Made by a program: the position numbers and the translations under genes. Positions 9,592 to 16,193 of a stretch of 32,000 bases of DNA are shown here, one piece after another; the first letter of the stretch is position 1; each line of letters starts with the position of its first letter. Source of the DNA: Telmatocola sphagniphila (GTDB lineage: Bacteria > Planctomycetota > Planctomycetia > Gemmatales > Gemmataceae); assembly GCF_018398935.1 (NCBI RefSeq), contig NZ_CP074694.1, positions 3,390,001-3,422,000 of the forward strand, written 5' to 3'. Below the pieces are notes generated by a model, which did no database searches, was not told the origin of the DNA, and saw nothing but the letters and a program-made list of their open reading frames with translations.

Positions 9592-9939
9592 ATGTTGGAC
9601 ACTATCCCCGCGAGTGAGACGCGAAACACAATAACCGTGGATCCCAATTCCCCTACAGCTCGGGAAACTCCTCAATGCGTTCGCAAGACGGTCGTCGTGC
9701 GCAACGAACAGGGATTGCACATGCGGCCCGCCAGCCGGCTGGCCGAGATGGCTCAGAAATTCACTTCTGCCATCACCGTTCGCAAAGGGGATCACGCGGC
9801 CAACGGGCGGAGCATGGTCAATCTCCTTTTATTAATCGTAGAACCGGGCTGTGAACTGACAGTCGAAGCCGATGGCCAGGACGCGGAAGCGGCGGTTGAA
9901 GCGCTGGTCGAATTCCTCGGCAGGGAAGACTGGGATTAA
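9592..9939 (+). CDS. ptsH: HPr/NPr phosphocarrier protein with a ~30-aa N-terminal extension
   Basis: RKTVVVRNEQGLHMRPASRLAEMAQKF...ANGRSMVNLLLL...EADGQDAEAAVEALVEFL. It has the HPr His-15 motif (GLHxRPA) and a Ser-46-like position. The ATG at 9592 lies 8 nt after the ptsN stop. The longer track ORF (9484) would overlap ptsN by 100 nt. Confidence 0.8.
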   Translation: MLDTIPASETRNTITVDPNSPTARETPQCVRKTVVVRNEQGLHMRPASRLAEMAQKFTSAITVRKGDHAANGRSMVNLLLLIVEPGCELTVEADGQDAEAAVEALVEFLGREDWD

Positions 9940-10011
9940 CTTTCAGGATCGTGAATCACTTGGTGGTCGCGGCAAATCGGAACTGTCGGCCACCTCGATG
10001 AGGTCTGCAAC

Positions 10012-11763
10012 TTGGAAATTTATCGCGGGATTGGCGTCTCTCCCGGACTCGTCATCGGCACAGCCCTGGTGCTGGATGCCGAAGGCGTCCGCATCCCCGC
10101 CCGTCAAATACCACCCGAAAAAGTTTCCAGCGAACTCACTCGATTGAACAAAGCCCTTAAGGCCGCTGCCGAAGAATCCCGCGCGCAACAGAAATCGGTC
10201 GAACTTCGACTCGGAAAACAACTCGGTTCCATTTTCTCTGCCCAATCGACCTTTTACGACGACCCTGGCTTGCTGACGGAACTGCATCAGCTCATCCACA
10301 ACGAGCGCTTCACGGCGGAATATGCCGTTACCAACGTCATCCGGACTTATCGACGCGCTTTGGAAGCATTGGGCAAAGATCACTTTTTATCGACCAAAGC
10401 GAGCGATCTACTCGATGTGGAGAAGAGGATTCTCAATCAGCTCCTCGGCGCGGATTGGGAGCCGCTATCGAATCTCAAAGAGCCGGTTATCGTCCTGGCC
10501 CACGATATAAGCCCCAGCGAAACCGCGACTATGGATCCCACCAAGGTGCTGGCTTTCGCGACGGAAAGCGGCGGCAAAACCAGTCACACCGCCATCATGG
10601 CCGGAGCGCTTGAGATCCCGGCGGTTGTGGGATTGGGAAAATTTCTGCACGATGTGGCCGGCGGCGACACTCTCATTGTCGATGGCACGCGCGGCATCCT
10701 GATTGTCGATCCGGACGAGGAGATTCTCGAAGAGTACCAGGGACAGGTTAAGGTTCTGTCGGAACAGAGCGGTTACTGGCTGGCGGAGCGGGATCTTCCC
10801 GCCGTCACTCTGGATGGGACTCGCATCGAATTAATGGGGAATATCGAATTTCCCTCGGAGGCGGCGCACTGCATCGATCGCAATGCCGACGGTGTGGGAT
10901 TGTATCGCACCGAGTTTCTTTTTGCCGGGCACGACACCGACCCTTCCGAAGAGGAGCATTATCAGGCCTACGTGCATGTGGTTCAAACGCTTGGACCGAA
11001 TAAACCGGTCGTAATTCGGACATTGGATCACGGAGCCGATAAATTCCCAAATCATGCGGAAAAAATCTCGGAAGAGCGCAATCCTTTTCTGGGATTGCGC
11101 AGCGTGAGGCTTTGCCTTCGAAATCTGCCGATGTTTAAAAAGCAGATGCGCGCCATCCTGCGTGCCAGCGTCCAAGGCGATATTCGGATTATGTTTCCGA
11201 TGGTCGGAACCCTTCTGGAACTGCGACAGTGCAAGATGCTCCTGGCGGAAGTCCGCGAAGATTTGCTCGAGGAAGGAATCCCCTTTAAGAAAGACATGCC
11301 AGTTGGTACGATGATAGAGGTTCCGTCTGCCGCGATCATGGCGGACAAACTGGCAAAAGAAGTCGACTTTTTTTCGCTCGGTACGAACGACCTGGTGCAA
11401 TATACCCTGGCGGCGGATCGAACGAACGAGAATGTCGCGGGACTCTATAACCCTGCGGATCCGGCAGTTTTAAGACTAATCGATTCGGTAGTCCGGGCCG
11501 CGCGAACGAACAATATCGGAGCCACGGTCTGCGGAGAGATGAGCGGTGATCCTCTCTTCACACAATGGCTTCTGGGAACGGGCTTACGCCAACTGAGCGT
11601 CAGCCCCCAAAATATTCCGGAGATTAAAAAGCTTATCCGACGGATCAATCTGTCGGACGCGGAAGCTATGGCCGAAAAAGCCCTGCAGCTGGACACAGCC
11701 CGCGACGTCACGAATTATCTGAGAGAACAAAAGCGGCGTATTCAGCCAGACGCGATCGATTAA
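10012..11763 (+). CDS. ptsI: Phosphoenolpyruvate-protein phosphotransferase (PTS Enzyme I), without an N-terminal GAF domain
   Basis: 583-aa ORF with a TTG start. Sequence MEIYRGIGVSPGLVIG..., with the active-site His region GGKTSHTAIMAGALEIPAVVG and the PEP-utiliser TIM-barrel motifs (GLYRTEFLF, IRTLDHGADK, NPFLGLRSVR, FFSLGTNDLVQY, VCGEMSGDP). Confidence 0.9.
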   Translation: MEIYRGIGVSPGLVIGTALVLDAEGVRIPARQIPPEKVSSELTRLNKALKAAAEESRAQQKSVELRLGKQLGSIFSAQSTFYDDPGLLTELHQLIHNERFTAEYAVTNVIRTYRRALEALGKDHFLSTKASDLLDVEKRILNQLLGADWEPLSNLKEPVIVLAHDISPSETATMDPTKVLAFATESGGKTSHTAIMAGALEIPAVVGLGKFLHDVAGGDTLIVDGTRGILIVDPDEEILEEYQGQVKVLSEQSGYWLAERDLPAVTLDGTRIELMGNIEFPSEAAHCIDRNADGVGLYRTEFLFAGHDTDPSEEEHYQAYVHVVQTLGPNKPVVIRTLDHGADKFPNHAEKISEERNPFLGLRSVRLCLRNLPMFKKQMRAILRASVQGDIRIMFPMVGTLLELRQCKMLLAEVREDLLEEGIPFKKDMPVGTMIEVPSAAIMADKLAKEVDFFSLGTNDLVQYTLAADRTNENVAGLYNPADPAVLRLIDSVVRAARTNNIGATVCGEMSGDPLFTQWLLGTGLRQLSVSPQNIPEIKKLIRRINLSDAEAMAEKALQLDTARDVTNYLREQKRRIQPDAID

Positions 11764-11971
11764 TTTCGTCACCCCGGGATGCAACTCATCCCCTTCTGCT
11801 GAATAGCCTGGGACCATTCGATGATTCCAGTGGAGAATCACTTCCACTCGATTCCTAAATCGGATTGAACTTCCGTAAGGAAGTTCAGTACCGTTCGGTC
11901 CATGAGCACGCCGCACTAGCAAAGTCGCATTCGGGATGTTAATCTCTTGTGCGATCATTTAGATTGGCAAC

Positions 11972-12745
11972 ATGGCGGACGACAAAACACGTTTTCGATT
12001 TCGCAAGGAAGCCGAGTTGAGGCTGCTCAGCCATCACGACCTGGCCCGGGCAGTTGAACGCCTCCTCCGAAGAGCTCAACTTCCCTTCGAATCTACGGGT
12101 GGTTTCCACCCTCACCCCCGGATCGTTTTTCCGCTCTCCATGCCCTTGGGAACAATCGGCCTGGAGGAGATTGTCGAAATCGAATGGAAGACGAAAATCG
12201 AGCCCGAGGAAGCCGTCGATGTGCTTCGGCGGCACGCTCCGCCAGGGATAACTTTCGTTTCAGCGAGACGAATTCCCCTCAAATCAACCGCCCGCTGCCG
12301 ACGCGTCGAATATCAACTGCCTATTCCCGCTGAAAAACTCTCCTTGGCGGAAGACTGCGTCCGAAATTTTTCCACCTGTTCAGAAATCTGGGTCGAGCGA
12401 ATCCGCCCCCGACACAAGCGCCTGGATATCTTCCCATTTATCGATTCGATCGCGATTCAAAATCAGAAGCTGCAATTTTCCCTTTGGGTCACCGGGAACG
12501 GCACGGCCAAAGCGGATGAAGTTTGTACTGCTCTGGGACTCGGGGAATTATTGGAATCGGCCTGCTGGACGCGCAGTCGGCTGGAAGTGTTTGATGAATT
12601 GACGCCCGAGGAAGTTGCCCGAACCCCGGCCATTACCGCCCGTGAAGAATTGTTGCTTGATCGGCCAGTCCATTCGCAAGAGGAAGTACTCTCCAGTGCT
12701 TCTCTCGAATGGGGAGCATCGGAGGATGGCCCGATCGTGGAATGA
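11972..12745 (+). CDS. DUF2344 / TIGR03936 'radical-SAM-linked' family protein (no radical SAM domain present)
   Basis: 257-aa ORF. RFRFRKEAELRLLSHHDLARAVERLLRRAQLPFESTGGFHPHPRIVFPLSMPLGTIGLEE matches the recalled family signature (R..F.K.G..RF.SHLDL.R..ERA.RRA.LP...S.GF.PHP...FA.PL.VG..S..E). Confidence 0.75.
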   Translation: MADDKTRFRFRKEAELRLLSHHDLARAVERLLRRAQLPFESTGGFHPHPRIVFPLSMPLGTIGLEEIVEIEWKTKIEPEEAVDVLRRHAPPGITFVSARRIPLKSTARCRRVEYQLPIPAEKLSLAEDCVRNFSTCSEIWVERIRPRHKRLDIFPFIDSIAIQNQKLQFSLWVTGNGTAKADEVCTALGLGELLESACWTRSRLEVFDELTPEEVARTPAITAREELLLDRPVHSQEEVLSSASLEWGASEDGPIVE

Positions 12746-12751
12746 GACACC

Positions 12752-12777
12752 ATCCGCGGACTGTCCGCGGATTTTTT
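12752..12777 (+). terminator. Intrinsic terminator / attenuator hairpin between the DUF2344 gene and rne
   Basis: ATCCGCGGA-CTG-TCCGCGGAT is a 9-bp perfect GC-rich stem running directly into a T6 run (12772-12777). It starts 7 nt after the upstream stop codon. Confidence 0.65.
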
Positions 12778-12889
12778 GAAACACGCCTGTCATCGCAAGT
12801 GGATGGCGGCGAGACAACACCCGGAAGATCCCCATCGGTCGTATACTTCGTACCGAGCTTGGCTGGATCCTACCGAACCAAGGAAGCTC

Positions 12890-15631
12890 ATGAAGAAAGA
12901 AATGCTAATCAACGTCCTCCAACCGGAGGAGTGCCGTATCGCCATACTGGAAGACGGTGTGCTCGAAGAACTTTACCTCGAGCGGGCCAGCCAGGAAAGC
13001 TACGTCAACAACATCTACAAAGGCCGAATCGTTAACATCGAATCGAGCATTCAAGCCGCGTTCATCGACTTCGGGATCGGTCGCAACGGCTTCCTGCACG
13101 TCTCGGATGTGGACCCGATTTATTATCAGCATCTGCTGAAAGATTACCCGGAAGCCGCTGGTGATGACGAAGATGATTTCGAACCGCAGCCGCGCAACGA
13201 CCGCGGCGGTAGGGATCGCGACCGAGGCGAAAGAAACGACCGCGGCGGCCGCAATGATCGGGGAGATCGAAATGAGCGCGGTGGACGGGATCGACGCGAT
13301 CGGGATGACCGTCCTCGCGAACGTCAGCAACCCGCGCCGCTGGCTCACACACCTCCCCCTCCTGCCCACACCATTTCCATCATTCCCGTGGAAATCCCTG
13401 TGCCCGAGCACAGACCCGAGCCAAGCAGCGTTGCCCCACCTCCGGCGAGCCCGGAAGTAGTGGAAGAGTCCGTATTCGATGATTTCGGCGCCGGGATTGA
13501 TTTCGATGCCCCCAATCATCCGTCGACCCATTCCACTGAGTCGGACTACGGTCAGCATTCGGATGGCTCGAATCCGGCAGGTACCGAAAATGGAACGGAC
13601 GAGTCGGCGGGCGAAGAAAGCAAGCCACGCCGTCGCCGAACGGCCAAGCGACCTGAAAAGAAAGAAGATGCCGGGGAAGCCAAAGCTCCCCGCAAACGGG
13701 CCCGCGCTCGTAAGAAATCCGACGAGGGCGAAACTCCTTCCGACGATACAATGCCTGCGGCAGAACATCGAACAACCGAAGGTGAAGAATCCGGTTTCGG
13801 TGGTGGAATTTTCTTCGATCCCGATGCCCCCAACGACCGATTTGTAGAACCGACCCGTTCTGCACCGCCCGTTACTCACACACCGCACGCCGAGCAATTG
13901 CCCCCAGCCGCCGAAGAATTCGAAGATGAAGAAATTTTCGAAGATGCCGAAATCGTCGAAGGGGATTCGGACGAGGGATCCGTCGAACAAGAAACCAGTT
14001 TCGACCGACCGGATCGCAATCAACGAAATGACCGTAACGATCGAGGAGATCGGGGAGATCGAAATGATCGCGGTGATCGTCGGGGAGATCGAAATGACCG
14101 CGGCCAGCGCGGCGGTCGGGACCGCGGCCCACGCAAATTCAGCCGGGATGGCAACATCGGCCCCAAACCGCCAATCGAACAGATTTTCAAACGCGGCCAG
14201 GAAGTGATCGTTCAGGTCATCAAGGAAGGCATCGGCACCAAAGGGCCGACCCTTTCAACCTACATCAGCATTGCCGGTCGCTACCTGGTATTGATGCCCA
14301 GTCTGAATCGACTGGCCGTTTCTCGCAAGATTGAAGACGTCCCGACTCGTTCCCGCCTGAAAGAATCGCTTTCGGAACTGAATCCTCCCAAGGGAATCGG
14401 ATTCATCATTCGAACGGCGGCTATTGATCGAAACAAGAAAGAATTGCAGAACGATCTGGCTTACCTGGTCCGTCTCTGGGAGGTCTTCGTCAGCCGAGTT
14501 AAGAAGAAACCGGGGCCCGTCGAAATTTATCGCGAAAGCGATATCGTCATTCGGACCATCCGGGACAATTTCACCAGCGACATCGAAACGATTCACATCG
14601 ATGAGCCGAATGCGTTTACTGCAGCCAGTGAATTCCTGAAATTTGTGATGCCTCGATATGCCGAACGAATTAAGCTCTACGACGATGTGGAACCCCTGTT
14701 CCACAAGTACAAAATCGAAGCGGAAATCGCCAAATTGCAGGAGAAGAAACTTCCCCTGCCGATGGGCGGTTCGATTGTGATCGAGCAAACCGAAGCCCTG
14801 GTGGCCATCGATGTCAACAGCGGCAACTTCCGATCGGAAACGAACGCTGAAGAAACGGCCTACAAGATGAATCTTCAGGCCGCTAAGGAGATTGCCCGCC
14901 AGTTGCGGCTACGCGACATGGGTGGCGTAATCGTCAACGACTTCATCGATATGAAGGAAGAGAAGCATCGCCGGGCTGTGGAAAATGCTCTTCGCGATGC
15001 CTTGTCGCGAGATAGGGCTCGCACGAAGATTCTCAAAACTTCTGCGTTTGGCGTCATTGAGATGACTCGCCAGCGAATTCGGCCTTCGCTGAAGCGCAGC
15101 ACGCATCAGGAATGCGCCCACTGCCGGGCCACCGGAAGTGTGAAAACACCAGAGAGTATGAGCATCGAGATCATCCGCCTGATTCAGTTGGCCGCTTTCC
15201 GGAAGAACATTCAGCAATTGAATGCCTACGTTCATCCGGATGTGGCTCAATATCTCCTGAATCGCAAACGGCGGGATCTGATCCGCTGGGAGGAAACTTC
15301 CAACATGCAGATTCTGGTCCACGGCAAGCCTCAGGTATCGCCGGAATTCGTTGAATTCCACTGTTTCGACAGCAACGGCACGGAAATCCATTTCAGCACC
15401 AGTCCGGTGGTAGCGCCTGCACCGGTCCGAACGGAACCGCGAAACGATCGCGAAGAACGCTGGTCAGAAGATCGGGGCGGACGGGACAACCGTGATAACC
15501 GTGATAACCGCGATAACCGGGACAATCGGGGAGGCGGCCGGGATCATCGAGGAGGCGGGGGAGACCGACGTGGCGGCGGAGGTCGCGATAGTCGCGGCGG
15601 CAATCGGGGCGGCGGCCGAGGCCGCAATTAG
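12890..15631 (+). CDS. rne: Ribonuclease E (RNase E/G family) with a split S1 domain and Arg/Gly-rich C-terminal tail
   Basis: The start is taken at ATG 12890 (AGGAAG 4 nt upstream). MKKEMLINVLQPEECRIAILEDGVLEELYLER is the canonical RNase E/G N-terminus. S1 first half: NIYKGRIVNIESSIQAAFIDFGIGRNGFLHVSDV. S1 second half: KRGQEVIVQVIKEGIGTKGPTLSTYISIAGRYLVLMP. Catalytic motifs are ALVAIDVNSG and GGVIVNDFIDM. The Zn-link is CAHCRATGSV. The track ORF start at 12776 would cross the terminator hairpin. Confidence 0.9.
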   Translation: MKKEMLINVLQPEECRIAILEDGVLEELYLERASQESYVNNIYKGRIVNIESSIQAAFIDFGIGRNGFLHVSDVDPIYYQHLLKDYPEAAGDDEDDFEPQPRNDRGGRDRDRGERNDRGGRNDRGDRNERGGRDRRDRDDRPRERQQPAPLAHTPPPPAHTISIIPVEIPVPEHRPEPSSVAPPPASPEVVEESVFDDFGAGIDFDAPNHPSTHSTESDYGQHSDGSNPAGTENGTDESAGEESKPRRRRTAKRPEKKEDAGEAKAPRKRARARKKSDEGETPSDDTMPAAEHRTTEGEESGFGGGIFFDPDAPNDRFVEPTRSAPPVTHTPHAEQLPPAAEEFEDEEIFEDAEIVEGDSDEGSVEQETSFDRPDRNQRNDRNDRGDRGDRNDRGDRRGDRNDRGQRGGRDRGPRKFSRDGNIGPKPPIEQIFKRGQEVIVQVIKEGIGTKGPTLSTYISIAGRYLVLMPSLNRLAVSRKIEDVPTRSRLKESLSELNPPKGIGFIIRTAAIDRNKKELQNDLAYLVRLWEVFVSRVKKKPGPVEIYRESDIVIRTIRDNFTSDIETIHIDEPNAFTAASEFLKFVMPRYAERIKLYDDVEPLFHKYKIEAEIAKLQEKKLPLPMGGSIVIEQTEALVAIDVNSGNFRSETNAEETAYKMNLQAAKEIARQLRLRDMGGVIVNDFIDMKEEKHRRAVENALRDALSRDRARTKILKTSAFGVIEMTRQRIRPSLKRSTHQECAHCRATGSVKTPESMSIEIIRLIQLAAFRKNIQQLNAYVHPDVAQYLLNRKRRDLIRWEETSNMQILVHGKPQVSPEFVEFHCFDSNGTEIHFSTSPVVAPAPVRTEPRNDREERWSEDRGGRDNRDNRDNRDNRDNRGGGRDHRGGGGDRRGGGGRDSRGGNRGGGRGRN
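14051..14097 (+). repeat. Coding repeat: the perfect 17-mer CGGGGAGATCGAAATGA occurs twice 30 nt apart here, with a third copy at 13259-13275
   Basis: Read directly. The copies lie at 13259-13275, 14051-14067 and 14081-14097 and are identical. All are in frame within rne and encode (D)RGDRN(E/D), on both flanks of the S1-domain insert. Confidence 0.85.
15482..15526 (+). repeat. Five tandem 9-nt units (CGN GAY AAY) encoding (RDN)x5 in the RNase E C-terminal tail
   Basis: cgggacaac cgtgataac cgtgataac cgcgataac cgggacaat, in frame with rne, followed by RGGG/RGGGG repeats up to the stop codon. Confidence 0.85.
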
Positions 15632-15657
15632 CCCTACAAGATTTTCGATTTAAATCA

Positions 15658-15690
15658 GAAAGGGAGCCGGAAAATCGGCTCCCTTTCTTT
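15658..15690. terminator. Bidirectional intrinsic terminator between the convergent rne and pspC-like genes
   Basis: GAAAGGGAGCCG-GAAAAT-CGGCTCCCTTTC followed by TTT. It has a 9-12 bp stem, an A-run on the 5' side and a T-run on the 3' side, so it can terminate transcription from either strand. Confidence 0.7.
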
Positions 15691-15713
15691 ATTCGTTGAA
15701 TGGTTTGATTGAA

Positions 15714-16082
15714 TTAAATATGAGTGTACTCAGTTTCTTCCGTCAGCACATCTTCGGAAGGCATACAAACCCACAGAATAACGTAAGGGATCAATCCGAC
15801 GCCGAAGCTGAGTAAGCAGATGCAGAACATTGAACGCCAAAGCCAGGAAGGCAGTTTGGTTTGTTTAGCCAGTCCGCCGCAAACTCCCCCGAATACCCGA
15901 TCATGGATTGATCGCCCCAACTCGTGGGCTATATGCCGCATATCTTTGGGTGCTGTGGCGGTTCGCGAGGGGGGCACATCCTCGTTGAGCAATTGGAATT
16001 TGGCCCGAGTGAATTCCGCGTCCGTGAGATATCCTCGTTCTCGAAGGCCGGCCAGTTTGGCAAGTTCATCCGCAGTCGTCAT
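15714..16082 (-). CDS. SHOCT-domain + PspC-domain membrane protein
   Basis: MTTADELAKLAGLRERGYLTDAEFTRAKFQLL matches the SHOCT consensus. The following segment matches the PspC-domain pattern: LGRSIHDRVFGGVCGGLAKQTKLPSWLWRSMFCICLLSFGVGLIPYVILWVCMP. I prefer the start at 16082. The ORF track extends to 16145. Confidence 0.75.
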   Translation of the reverse strand: MTTADELAKLAGLRERGYLTDAEFTRAKFQLLNEDVPPSRTATAPKDMRHIAHELGRSIHDRVFGGVCGGLAKQTKLPSWLWRSMFCICLLSFGVGLIPYVILWVCMPSEDVLTEETEYTHI

Positions 16083-16193
16083 GAGCGGTCCCCTCAGGCG
16101 AAAAAAGGTCGTTTGGGCGTTATTCGCAAATCGACCCCACATCATTTAAACGATTCTCTAAAAAAGATACAACCGAATTTGAGAGGTCCTCGA

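Noticed and set aside
12776-12889. 5' extension of the rne ORF (track start 12776)
   Set aside because: It would begin inside the T-run of the terminator hairpin. The canonical RNase E/G N-terminus (MKKEMLINV...) starts at 12890 with AGGAAG upstream.
12905-14023. 372-aa ORF on the minus strand
   Set aside because: It is antisense to the repetitive low-complexity insert of rne. It stays open because of the repeat composition (GAY/CGN codons lack stop complements). No start context or motifs.
15482-15526. Tandem short repeats considered as a possible CRISPR or VNTR locus
   Set aside because: The units are 9 nt, contiguous with no spacers, in frame within rne, and vary only at synonymous positions. 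It is a coding amino-acid repeat, not a CRISPR array.
15924-16193. 5' extension of the 1012-aa ORF (track start 15924)
   Set aside because: The extension overlaps the SHOCT-PspC gene on the opposite strand and encodes no signal peptide. The internal ATG at 16194 has a GAGAGG Shine-Dalgarno and yields a proper signal peptide.
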